A stretch of DNA of 63,469 nucleotides, filler included, from Octopus bimaculoides (GCF_001194135.2; 7 parts of 6 records of this genome joined end to end with filler, not necessarily neighbours in it), one strand, 5' to 3'; positions 50,411 through 62,619 are shown, counted from the first letter of the whole stretch. Numbers and translations are program-made. Notes: generated by a model from the letters alone, not told the origin.

Positions 50411-51961
50411 CAGTGGAGGAAATAAATATTCGTACATGTTAAAATTCTTTATTTATTTAATTTCTAATGGACATAAATGGGATATACCAATACTATATTT
50501 GCATACACATACATAAACTAAGAATATACAAAAGAAACTAATAAATTATAGTAACTAATGAATTTATATACAATTATAAATATTTAGGGGTGAAAAAAGT
50601 ATTCGTACAGAATAAATTTATGACTTTCTATGCCACAAAATACTGTTAAAATAATTTTTGTTCCAATAATCTTATCAGTAGTCATTTTTAAGTGTCATAA
50701 CACTAGCTTCTTCATTCAGCACCGAGACAACATAAAGTAGTGTCGTAATAATGGCGAAAAGTAAAGAACTCACAAATTCAGTGAAAAACTTAATTATTGA
50801 ACAGTGGATAGCAGGTAAAAGTTACAGGAAAATATCAGAGACCCTTTGTATTCCATTTTCTACCATATCTTCATTTATTCAAAGATATAAAAAATCGGGA
50901 ACTGTTGAAAATAGAATAAGACCCGGTGGACCACGCAAGATTTCCCCTAGATCTTTAAGAAAAATGAAGCAAAGAATTGAAAAAAACGCAATGATCACCA
51001 GAAAGGAGTTGCAAGAAGATTTGTTAGCTTCAGGGACTAGTGTTATACTATGAACAATCAGCAATGAACTTCATAAGAATGAACTGAAATCACGCTCTCC
51101 TAGAAAAACTCCACTGTTGACTAAAAGGCATAGAGATGCCCGTTTAAAATTTGTTTATGAACATAAAGATAAATCTGATACATTCTGGGAAAATGTTCTA
51201 TGGACAGATGAGTTGAAAACTGAACTGTTTGGACGAAATTCGCGTAGCCATGTTCAAAGGAAAGATGGTACCGCCTATTCGCTGAAAAACACAATTCCTA
51301 CTGTAAAGTTTGGAGGTGGCACTGGCAATTTCTTGTGGTAGACGGTAGAATGAATGCAGAGATATACCAAAATATTTTAAACAGTAATTTATGGGACTCT
51401 GTAGAAAAGCTCCAGCTTCGTGAAGGGTGGGTTTTACAACAGGATAACGACCCTAAGCACACGGCGAAGTCTAGCAAAAAGTGGATTGTCAATCACAATA
51501 TAAAATTATTAGAATGGCCAAGCCAGTCCCCTGACTTGAAACCCAATGAAAATTTGTGGCGGTATTTGAAAATTAAAATTCATTCAAGAGCACCAACGTG
51601 CATTCCAGATTTGAAGAAAATTTGTCAAGAAGAATGGGAAAAAATTCCTAAAGAAACATGCGAGTCATTGATTATGAACTACAAGAAGAGATTGGTTGAA
51701 GTGGAACTGAATAATGGTTATGCTACGAAGTATTAAATCAGAATTATCAGTTATTTATGTTCTGTACGAATACTTTTTTCACCCCTAAATATTTATAATT
51801 GTATATAAATTCATTAGTTACTATAATTTATTAGTTTCTTTTGTATATTCTTAGTTTATGCATGTGTATGCAAATATAGTATTGGTATATCACATTTATG
51901 TTCATTAGAAATTAAATAAATAAAGAATTTTGACATGTACGAATATTTACTTCCCCCATTG
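50411..51961 (+). mobile_element. Tc1-family DNA transposon, IR-DR type, near full length (1551 bp)
   Basis: TA flanks. About 202-bp TIRs (50411-50612, 51760-51961), each with two copies of a tattcgtaca core. Confidence 0.95.
50751..51736 (+). pseudogene. Tc1 DD34E transposase, disrupted
   Basis: MAKSKELTNSVKNLII...GKSYRKISETL (paired-like HTH); WTDE; QQDNDPKH followed 34 residues later by E (SPDLKPNENLW). In-frame TGA at 51051-51053 and a deletion/frameshift near 51320-51335. Confidence 0.93.
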
Positions 51962-52479
51962 TATATATACATAAATTTAAATACAGGTTAAAATAGCCTC
52001 ATTAAGAAATGAAAATATCCAATGGATTACTAATATATTGCGTATTATTATTTTTATTTTGTGAATGGTAATATTCATAAATAATAGGTTTAAGTATAAA
52101 TCTTGGTTTAGAGATATTCAAATTAAAATTCAGAAAATAGAGATGTAGTATTAATATAATTTATTAACTGCAAAAATTCAACATTTTTTCTTAAAGCTAT
52201 TTCCATTTTGCCTAAAGATCAAATTCCAGTAATTAAATCATTGTATTGGGCAAAATTTCATCAGAGGAATAGATAAAGACATACGGTTAGGTTATTAGAT
52301 GTTATGATTCCAAATCATCTCAAAAGACTGAATATCATTTAATTGCACTTAAGGTTTATCTCCTATGTAAAGTAGAGATCATATAGTGCAAAATATTAGT
52401 GTAGTGGATGCAGGTTGAAATGAATGTTACTGATGGTTTATGAATTCTGCAAAATGCGAGCTCTCTTTTCAGGTACATG

Positions 52480-53377
52480 ACACGGTCGTTCCCCGCCCCA
52501 GGGTCTCACGGGCCCATACTTCACACAACCTTAGGGTTGACACTCTCAACGTTGGCACACTGAAAGGTAGGTCTGGTGAGATTGTTGAGATGCTTGAACG
52601 GAAATGTGTCGATATCTGCTACCACCAAGAAGTAAGGTGGAGAGGAGGTTCCACTAGATTCCTCACAGGCAAAGAACACAGGTACAAGATTTTCTGGGCA
52701 GGGAATACAGACGGGGTTGGGGCGTGGGTATACATACTTCTTGCAGAGAAATGGGTGGATAAGGTAATCAAGGTAGCCAGAGTATGCGATAGAATACTTA
52801 AGATTAGATTAGTTCTTCACCATGGGTTAGCAACCATTATCTCAGCCTGTGCCCCTCAGCCAGGGCTACCCGATGGACAGAAAGACCAATTTTATGACGC
52901 CCTCTTGCAGACTAGCTCGTTGACGAATGACAAGGACCTTCTCTTTGTGGCTGGTGACTTCAATGGTCATGTTGGACAACATTCAGGGAGCTTCCATGGC
53001 GTACATGGAGGCTATGGTTTTGGTTCCCGCAATCAGGAGGGAACCAGGCTGCTGGAGTTCTGTGATGCAAATGACTTTATTGTTTGCAATACTAACTTCA
53101 GGAAACCTGCCAGTCACCTAGTCACCTACAGTTCTGGCAGACACACTAGCCAAATTGACTACGTCCTTGCCAGAAAAAGAGAAAGATGGCTGCTTATAAA
53201 TGCCAAAACCTTCCCAGGCGAAGAATGTGCCCCACAACATAGATTAGAAGTTAGTGACTTCAGGATCAGGGCTAAGTGGTTGCCCAGAAGACGACCAGCA
53301 TGGAGGAGAAGGGTCTGGAAGCTCAAAGATCCTGCGAATGGACAGAGATTTAGAGACTTATTACTCGAAGCCTTCGA
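52480..53377 (+). mobile_element. RTE-clade LINE, APE endonuclease region
   Basis: LRVDTLNVGTLKGRSGEIVEMLERKCVDICYHQEVRWRGG...VAGDFNGHVG...GYGFGSRNQEGTRLLEFCDAND...SQIDYVL...PQHRLEVSDF, open for about 300 codons. Confidence 0.93.
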
Positions 53378-53495
53378 GACTGTGAGCTGTTCACTNNNNN
53401 NNNNNNNNNNNNNNNNNNNNNNNNNNNNNNNNNNNNNNNTTAATTAATTAANNNNNNNNNNNNNNNNNNNNNNNNNNNNNNNNNNNNNNNNNNNN

Positions 53496-54010
53496 CTGAA
53501 GGTTTCTTTGAGAGATGCCAACATCTCTCCCAACACATGGGAAGTCATAGCTATTGACCGTGGCAGGTGGAGAAGGATTGTGCATGAGGGAACAACTACT
53601 TTTGAGAAATCACGAATTGCACATGAGAAATTAAGGAAGGTTGTCAGGAAGGGAATTGTTGTTGCATTTCCAGATGGTAAGGGTCTTCCTATAACACTGA
53701 CATGCAGTGCTTGTGCAAGACCGTGCCTCAGTAAAGCTGGACTCATGAGTCATCTTTGTAGTCATAAAGCAAGACCGATGATTGAAAACCAGGTCGCTGG
53801 TGATGATTCTACACACCATACTAATCATGTCTGTCGGGCATGTGGAAGGGAGTGTGATTCAGCAGGAAGACTTAAACGACACGCAAAGGTACATGGAGCC
53901 CAATTACAACAACAGCCAGCTTTTGCCAGTAAAGGTTTTGGATGCCAACTCTGTGCAAGACATCTTTGGCTGGGCTAAACAGTTACATTTGATCACAGCA
54001 CCGTTAAGTT
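53496..54010 (+). mobile_element. RTE-BovB-like LINE 3' end with tandem C2H2 zinc fingers
   Basis: LKVSLRDANISPNTWEVIAIDRGRWRRIVHEG (RTE C-terminus). Then CSAC-x12-HLCSH, CRAC-x12-HAKVH and a frameshifted third finger CQLC...AGLNSYI*SQH. Confidence 0.8.
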
Positions 54011-55369
54011 AGGCTTCGTGCAATGGCCATACTCAATAACGAGGGGGCAGCCATCATGTATGTGTGTATGTATGTACATATATATATATATATATANNNN
54101 NNNNNNNNNNNNNNNNNNNNNNNNNNNNNNNNNNNNNNNNNNNNNNNNNNNNNNNNNNNNNNNNNNNNNNNNNNNNNNNNNNNNNNNNNNNNNNNNNNNN
54201 NNNNNNNNNNNNNNNNNNNNNNNNNNNNNNNNNNNNNNNNNNNNNNNNNNNNNNNNNNNNNNNNNNNNNNNNNNNNNNNNNNNNNNNNNNNNNNNNNNNN
54301 NNNNNNNNNNNNNNNNNNNNNNNNNNNNNNNNNNNNNNNNNNNNNNNNNNNNNNNNNNNNNNNNNNNNNNNNNNNNNNNNNNNNNNNNNNNNNNNNNNNN
54401 NNNNNNNNNNNNNNNNNNNNNNNNNNNNNNNNNNNNNNNNNNNNNNNNNNNNNNNNNNNNNNNNNNNNNNNNNNNNNNNNNNNNNNNNNNNNNNNNNNNN
54501 NNNNNNNNNNNNNNNNNNNNNNNNNNNNNNNNNNNNNNNNNNNNNNNNNNNNNNNNNNNNNNNNNNNNNNNNNNNNNNNNNNNNNNNNNNNNNNNNNNNN
54601 NNNNNNNNNNNNNNNNNNNNNNNNNNNNNNNNNNNNNNNNNNNNNNNNNNNNNNNNNNNNNNNNNNNNNNNNNNNNNNNNNNNNNNNNNNNNNNNNNNNN
54701 NNNNNNNNNNNNNNNNNNNNNNNNNNNNNNNNNNNNNNNNNNNNNNNNNNNNNNNNNNNNNNNNNNNNNNNNNNNNNNNNNNNNNNNNNNNNNNNNNNNN
54801 NNNNNNNNNNNNNNNNNNNNNNNNNNNNNNNNNNNNNNNNNNNNNNNNNNNNNNNNNNNNNNNNNNNNNNNNNNNNNNNNNNNNNNNNNNNNNNNNNNNN
54901 NNNNNNNNNNNNNNNNNNNNNNNNNNTATATATATATAAAAGGGATGGTATTATTAAAATACCATCACAAGTAGCAAGTGAATTATCAGTTGTAGGTACA
55001 GGAAAATTAATAAAATATTTACATACAATATTAGGTATGTACATATATACGCAAGGACACTATATGAGTACCTACATCGCTAAAAAAAATAGAAGACAAA
55101 ATATACTTCTGTACCACCGAATAGTCACAAATCTATTACAGAAATGATAGGAAAAAATATCAGTAAATAATAATCTTACCTCTACTGGGTCAGAACAAGT
55201 AAATGCTGGTCGACTTGGTACCTGTTTTGAAATTTAGCACCAAATAGGTACCTGATTTCTCATCAGCCAAAGTCTTCCATCTAAATTACTACTAAAATTT
55301 AGCTACTAAAATCTACTAAAATTACTACTAAAATCACAAACCAAATGAAAGCCTCCAGTATATTAATAG

Positions 55370-56640
55370 ATGCTCTAATTTCCCCAGGATGGTAGTAAGA
55401 TCAATTGTAAAAAGCGTCTCCACCAGAATATCAAGGTTGTCCAAGAATAGGGACATCTCACAGAATGCCCACTACTACAATGAAGAACTGGCCAGAGCTG
55501 GGTATGCAGATAAAATTGCATACATACCAGTGGCCGATGCACCAGCTCCCACTCTTGATCACCTCCCATCACCTAACTCTGAATTAAACAGGCTAGACCA
55601 CATACTAAGTAGCATGGCTTTATGTACCCACAGAAATAAATTAGGTCCACTGCACTCCATAAGCATGATCTCTAAGAAATTAGACCATAATGATAACATT
55701 GTAGAGCAACACTCTAAACGTAGGAGAAAACCCAATACCAATATATAGAATACGAACCAACCTTGCATGTAAGAATATAATATGGTTTAACCCTCCTTTT
55801 GCATTGAACATTGCTTCAGACAAACCCGGTATTTTCTTTAGAGCATTAGACAAACATTCTTCCCACACAGATACCACAAAATCTTTAATAGACACAATGT
55901 AAAGTTATCCTACTTCACCACACCTAATATAGCGCAAACTACCCTAAATAGCAAAAAATTAAACCTCAGGACAAATTCAGATCTACCTAATAATCTAGAT
56001 ACACCTCCTTACTCCAACCAGACCCAGCACACAGGGGAGGTTAATGAGCAGCAGCCACCCAACAACACAGCACCTCTCTCAATGATTTCCACAAAACTGG
56101 AGGCACCTCACCTATGCAAAACCATACAAGGCTTTGTAACTGTCATAAACCTTCCATGTTTCCCCTGGACAACCAGTGCCTCAGGAAGAATGTGGTTTAT
56201 AGGGGCACTGTAACCGCCAATAATAATACCTTCCACGTCAAAGGAGCCACAGCTTCCCAATTTAAATGGTGATATTATAATCATGTCCACTCCTTCAAGG
56301 TATTTAATAAGCATAAGTCCACATCTCTGGCTGAGCTGGTTTGGGACTTAAAATTAAAGAGAGCCCCATACATGATCTCTTCATTTGTTGTCATGTCTGC
56401 ACTCCCTTACACAGGAGGAGGGGGAGTGCAAGCTTTGTATGGTCAAGGCTTTCAAGATACTAAAAAATCAGGGTAACATTAATAACAAAAGAAACGAAGT
56501 GTTGATGTGGTGTTTGCATAAAAACTGCAGGACCTTCACAAAACCCAGGTAGCTTAGTCTCCCTCTCCAACAACCCTTTTCTACAGTTTACAGCAGCCTA
56601 TGGGGCTTCACTGCAGAGCATCCCAACACCTTCCCACAGG
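55370..56640 (+). mobile_element. Penelope-like element, RT C-terminus plus GIY-YIG endonuclease (decayed)
   Basis: VVRSIVKSVSTRISRLS...HYYNEELARAGY; KNIIWFNPPFALNI...RYHKIFNRHNVKLSY; PLDNQCLRKNVVYRGTVT...YYNHVHSFK...STSLAELVWDLK. Confidence 0.85.
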
Positions 56641-57589
56641 AATCCACCCATGAGCCCATAAAAGGTTTCTATGCCCCTCCTTACCATCCCACTTTTCCCA
56701 CTCTGCTAATTTCTTCTATAGATTGTATTCCAAAACTTTTCTTATTTCTATTGGTATTACTGGTGTCTGCCTTCCTACCATTCTTTTCCAGGTTTCAACC
56801 TCCTAAAATATTATATATTTTTATAAGTTTTTTTATCTTATAATTCATAGGTTTTCACATTTCACCTGATCCAACATGAGTTTCAAACTTTTTGGGGGGA
56901 GGGGGTCCTCTCTCCATATGTACTGCACTTTCTAGCTGTTTCTATCTCTACCTTTATTTTAAACTTATATAATGGAAATTATATATTTTATATATCATAC
57001 CCACCTCGTGACTTAATCTAAGATTTATACACCCCCCTCTCATGGACGTTTAGACACTTACTGCAGATATTACATGAGTTTTACCACTGATTATTTTTTT
57101 CTTTCTCACCTGATCCTTGATATTATTTTAAAAAATTTATCTTTATCTGTTTCCTTATGTCCACATATATTTCTCCCATTTGTTGTTTTTATTACCAATT
57201 GGAGTCCACTATTTATGAAAACACTATCCCATCTTACCTAGGGTGCATGTACACTTCAAGTTATATACACCTCAAATAAGGAGGCATACATACCTGCTGC
57301 AGAAATTTTTATTACCACTGCTTCGTGACCCTTAACTATCTGTTTTTTTATATCGTTTTATTCCCACTCCCTTCATACCCTACATTAGTCTCCCCTTGCC
57401 ATACTATTTATCTATTTATATAAATAGCTATGTATGTAGGTGTGTATATGCAATACTTTAGTATATGTGGATGTCCGTATGTGTACGGACATCTTTGCAT
57501 AACGGCCATAACTCCCATGAAAATTCATATATTTTTGATGTTGATGAAATTTTAACCCGAACATAACAGATGAGCATTATTTAGAAAAT

Positions 57590-57836
57590 GATGTCACGTT
57601 ATCGAGGCTACCATTCTTTCTGGATGTGCAAAAGGGGATGACGTCTTTATTCCAAGAATTCCTCTTACTCCATCAGGAGCAGACATTCCTTTTACATTCA
57701 GAAGACTACAATTCCCCCTTCGTGTGACTTTTGCCATGTCCATAAACAAATCTCAGGGTCAAACACTGTCTGTAGCTGGTCTTCTCTTGAAAGAGCCCTG
57801 CTTCTCACATGGACAACTGTATGTTGGCTGCTCAAG
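57590..57836 (+). mobile_element. Helitron PIF1-like helicase C-terminal fragment
   Basis: ILSGCAKGDDVFIPRIPLTPSGADIPFTFRRLQFPLRVTFAMSINKSQGQTLSVAGLLLKEPCFSHGQLYVGCS; runs into an N gap. Confidence 0.9.
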
Positions 57837-59061
57837 NNNNNNNNNNNNNNNNNNNNNNNNNNNNNNNNNNNNNNNNNNNNNNNNNNNNNNNNNNNNNNNN
57901 NNNNNNNNNNNNNNNNNNNNNNNNNNNNNNNNNNNNNNNNNNNNNNNNNNNNNNNNNNNNNNNNNNNNNNNNNNNNNNNNNNNNNNNNNNNNNNNNNNNN
58001 NNNNNNNNNNNNNNNNNNNNNNNNNNNNNNNNNNNNNNNNNNNNNNNNNNNNNNNNNNNNNNNNNNNNNNNNNNNNNNNNNNNNNNNNNNNNNNNNNNNN
58101 NNNNNNNNNNNNNNNNNNNNNNNNNNNNNNNNNNNNNNNNNNNNNNNNNNNNNNNNNNNNNNNNNNNNNNNNNNNNNNNNNNNNNNNNNNNNNNNNNNNN
58201 NNNNNNNNNNNNNNNNNNNNNNNNNNNNNNNNNNNNNNNNNNNNNNNNNNNNNNNNNNNNNNNNNNNNNNNNNNNNNNNNNNNNNNNNNNNNNNNNNNNN
58301 NNNNNNNNNNNNNNNNNNNNNNNNNNNNNNNAGCTGAATAGTCCGCCGTTGTCAAGAAATTTTTACAATAAAATGTCTTATATAAATTTTTGTTTATTCC
58401 ATCTCAAACCTTCCCTAACAGATAGGCCTCTTGATCAGGACAGATTTGTGCAATATTTTGCAAAAAGTCTTCGTTCATGGTCTTTTTCCTTTTTTAATTA
58501 TTTACATGTTTGTTTGACCATTTCACATGACTTTATTCATTAAAACTTATTAAAACTACAGAAGTTCTTACAATTTTGGTCGTCATAATGCTTTGCTTTC
58601 GTTTGTTTAATAAAAATTCTTCCTCATAATGATTTTGCTTTCATTTTGTGACAGACGGCTATCATGCAGAAAATGCCAGCTTCCAACTCTTGTTTTCTGA
58701 TTAGGTAAGATTGATTAAACTTTAAACCCCAGTAACATTTTACTGCAATTTTTCTGGAATAAATAAATAACAAAATTTGATTTCATGTGGAAAATTATTT
58801 CAATATACCAAATTAGAAAATTTTGACATAATTTGAAAATTTCACAATGTAACAGCAATAGGGAAGACCCTACAAAAGTAGAGAGACAGGCAGTTACACG
58901 CATTAAAAATTGGAAGATGGAACTGAATATTTCTCTGAACCATTAGAATCTTGAGTTGATATAAAATTCCATATAAGTAGTATTGAAGGTGCAATGTAAA
59001 GAAACAACTGCTCTGAATGTTTTTTATATTCTTACGTCTTCTAGTTTGAATTACTCTTTTA

Positions 59062-59457
59062 CTCTTTTACTTGTTTCAATCTTTTGACTGTGGCCATGCC
59101 GGAGCACCGCCTTTTAGTCGAGCAAATCGACCCCAGGACTTATTCTTTTGAAGCCTAGTACTTATGCTATCGATCTCTTTTGCCGAACCGCTAAGTTACG
59201 GGGACATAAACACACCAGCATCGGTTGTCAAGCGATGTTGGGGGGACAAACACACACATACAAACATACACACACACATACATATATATATATACATATA
59301 TACGACGGGCTTCTTTCAGTTTCCGTCTACCAAATCCACTCACAAGGCATTGGTCGGCCCGAGGCTATAGTAGAAGACACTTGCCCAAGATGCCGCGCAG
59401 TGGGACTGAACCCGGGACCATGTGGTTGGTAAGCTAGCTACTTACCACACAGCCACT
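59062..59457 (-). mobile_element. SINE family A, full-length, CpG-intact (young)
   Basis: Reverse-complement copy retaining cg at most consensus positions. Confidence 0.93.
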
Positions 59458-59859
59458 GTGTATTATTTTTCAATTTATTTAGTTATGGAACAAAATGAGA
59501 CATTATCTATAGTTTTATTGTTTCATTATGTTGGTAAAGTCTTCATACAGTGATTTGAAAACAAATATTAAAACACTTTACCTTTTGCTTGTTAGTTTTA
59601 CATCTGTTGTTGATATACTGTAAAAGTTTTGGCGAAGCATACGTTAGTTAATTTACTACAGCGCATGCATTAAATGATAGGCAAACATTAATGAACAAAG
59701 TATTAAAATTTACTGTTCCCTTCGGTAAACACAGTATCTCTCTCCCACTCTGTCCCTGTCTCTTGTTCTCTCTCTGTCTCTCACATTTCCTGATATCAGC
59801 CACCCTCATTATGCCACCATATTTCCCTCAACCTAACACTCTTTGCACCCTTCTCATTT

Positions 59860-60020
59860 TATAATATAACCCAACCTCCGTAGGGGGCCCATTATCGATT
59901 TTTATTGAAATCCAATTAGCCTATAATTGAACTGGATGTTAGTTTAACATGTATGCAAAGTTTCGTGAAGATTGGTTCGCTGGCAACAGACTGAAAGGCA
60001 GAAATTTCCATTTATATATA
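59860..60020 (-). mobile_element. Non-autonomous Helitron-like (Lep1-type) 5' segment
   Basis: Minus-strand atatataaatggaaatttctgcctttcagtctgttgcc...gaaccaatcttcacgaaactttgcatacatg resembles Lep1-type Helitron heads. Confidence 0.45.
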
Positions 60021-60624
60021 AGATATATATACGTGTGGGTCTGCGTGTGTATATACATATACATATACATATATGTATATTTCTTTGTATGTGCGTGTGT
60101 GTACGTGCATATCTGTGTGGATATGTACACATATGTATCTCTCTATATATCTGTGTATAAATATATGAGTATGAGAGTTTGTGCATGTATGTATGTGTGT
60201 GTGTATATATAAATGTGTGTGTGTGAGTGTATGTATGTGTTTGTGTATATTTGTATACACGCATGTACTTGGATATATGTGTGGGTTTGTGGGCATAGGT
60301 ATAGGTGTGTACAGATAGAGATATGTGTATACCATCCATACTTTCGATTTTTTCCATTTAATTTTACCTTACCTGTAAAATTTTCATATAGTTTGGAATT
60401 GCCCTCTCCAATCTCTAATTAAATTACCACTAATATGTGTGCAAATATATATCCAAGTATACAAGTGGTTATACATATGTGCATATGTGTATATATAAAT
60501 CTATATATATATATATATATATNNNNNNNNNNNNNNNNNNNNNNNNNNNNNNNNNNNNNNNNNNNNTTAATTAATTAANNNNNNNNNNNNNNNNNNNNNN
60601 NNNNNNNNNNNNNNNNNNNNNNTA

Positions 60625-60800
60625 TTAAGATGGCGAGTTGGCAGAATCGTTAGTATTTCGGACAATATGCTTTACGATATTTCTTCTGATTTTACGTTCT
60701 AAATTCAAATGCTTTTAAGATTGACTTTGCTGTTTATCTTTTCGGGTTCCATAAGTTAAGTACCAGCTGAGCTGTTGGGGTTGATGCAATCGACTAAAAG
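60625..60800 (+). mobile_element. SINE family B, diverged
   Basis: atggcgagttggcagaatcgttag...ttacgttctaaattcaaat...aagttaagtaccagctgagc. Confidence 0.75.
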
Positions 60801-60829
60801 GATGATTAAAATCATCCTAGAAAATTATC

Positions 60830-61440
60830 AAGAAATTTTAAAAGACTGGTTTTACCGCTGATCGACCGAAAAGAAAGTGTAAGGAACCTTCAGCTTATCA
60901 AAAGTACCAGAGAAAAGATACAGTGAAATCCTCGTCGTTCTGTCCGAAAACTGGCTTCCACAGCAAGATTAAGTAAAAAAAATCGATATATCGAGTGCTG
61001 AACGAGGATCTCAGGACCCACCCCTACGATATGATCCACCATCATGAACTCACGCAAGTTTATAAAGCCATGAGACTGGAGAGAAGTCGTCTTAACCTGC
61101 GTCAGATTGCGGAAGGCACGCTGCCCAGCCTGGTGTTCACTGATGAAAAGGAAGTTGACATCGAACACACAGTAAACCACCAGAATGACCGACCTTGGAT
61201 TGTCTCTGGCTCCACCGAAGGGAGACTCGTAAATCGACCTCAAAATCTACAATCAGTTATGGTTTGGGCGNNNNNNNNNNGTTTGGGCGGCTGTGACAGA
61301 CACTGGAATGTCTGCCCTCGTTTTTGTGCCCTCGGGTGTCAATTTTTAACACCCAGCAACACATCGGCAACATTCTGGAAGTTGAGCTGCTTCCATAGTT
61401 GAATGAGAACTTTCAAAGCGCATCTTGGAGTTTCCAACGT
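60830..61440 (+). mobile_element. maT-like (Tc1/mariner superfamily) transposase fragment
   Basis: NPRRSVRKLAS...LVFTDEKEVDIEHTVNHQNDRPW...RPQNLQSVMVWA...ALVFVPSGV...ILEVELLP; truncated before the second catalytic D. Confidence 0.8.
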
Positions 61441-62157
61441 TTCATATAAATACATACAGTGTACATTTCTAGCGGGTAGGATGTCCTATTATGGACATCA
61501 CTTATGTGTTTAAATGTACACTGTATGTATTTATATGAATAATATATAGTNNNNNNNNNNTGTATTTATATGAATAATATATAGTCTATTGACTAGTTTT
61601 TCTTCTCGCTGGACCACTGGTAGCAAAAAGAATTTCTAAATTGTTTGATACTCTGAAATTTATTAATAATGATATAATGACTTTTTGGCTCATTTCTGNN
61701 NNNNNNNNNNNNNNNNNNNNNNNNNNNNNNNNNNNNNNNNNNNNNNNNNNNNNNNNNNNNNNNNNNNNNNNNNNNNNNNNNNNNNNNNNNNNNNNNNNNN
61801 NNNNNNNNNNNNNNNNNNNNNNNNNNNNNNNNNNNNNNNNNNNNNNNNNNNNNNNNNNNNNNNNNNNNNNNNNNNNNNNNNNNNNNNNNNNNNNNNNNNN
61901 NNNNNNNNNNNNTGGTAAATGTTCTTATTTTTCATTCCCTTCCGAAATTCCCTATTTGTGGTTTGGAGTTTGACTGCTCTTTCTAGCGGGTAAGATGTCC
62001 TATTATGGACATTTCTCATGTGTTTAAATGTACACTGTATGTATATATATATATATANNNNNNNNNNNNNNNNNNNNNNNNNNNNNNNNNNNNNNNNNNN
62101 NTTAATTAATTAANNNNNNNNNNNNNNNNNNNNNNNNNNNNNNNNNNNNNNNNNNNN

Positions 62158-62556
62158 GTGTCCCTGCCCTGTAAAATTCTGTTGACTGTTCTTTGAGCCA
62201 ATTCTTCACTACAGTTTTCACTTCCTCGTCACTGGAATAATGTTTGCCTCTCAAACCCTCTTTCGTGGCGCCGAAGAGATGATAGTCTGAAGGCACTAAA
62301 TTATTCCAGTGACGAAGAAATAAAAACTGCAGTGAAGAAGTGGCTCAAAGAACAGTCAACAGAATTTTACGGGGCAGGGATACATGCTCCCATTCGAAGG
62401 TGGAACATTGCTATTGAGAGAAACGGTGACTCTGTTGAGAAGTAGGGATGTGATCCACAGAGGACCAGCTTCATTTTGATGTATGATATATGTTCCTGTG
62501 TTGGTAATTATACCTGTCCTAAACAAAATGGCATTACTTTTCGAATCACCCTCGTA
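62158..62556. mobile_element. mariner 3'-end derivative with an inverted duplication
   Basis: PSDYHLFGATKEGLRGKHYSSDEEVKTVVKNWLKEQSTEFYRAG on - (62158-62297) and YSSDEEIKTAVKKWLKEQSTEFYGAGIHAPIRRWNIAIERNGDSVEK* on +. TIR end ...ttttcgaatcaccctcg|ta. Confidence 0.85.
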
Positions 62557-62619
62557 CATACATTTCTACAAGATGTTCAGTTTTCCTGACTCTAAATTTT
62601 TTCTCTTTGTTCCACCCAG

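Noticed and set aside
52440-53447. Craniofacial development protein 2-like host gene
   Set aside because: This is the APE domain of an RTE LINE, a common mis-annotation
53508-53978. Host C2H2 zinc-finger gene
   Set aside because: The N-terminal part is the RTE LINE C-terminus and there are no TGEKP linkers, so it is treated as TE-derived
61524-61586. 25-bp direct repeat flanking a 10-N gap
   Set aside because: Typical unmerged contig overlap; assembly artefact
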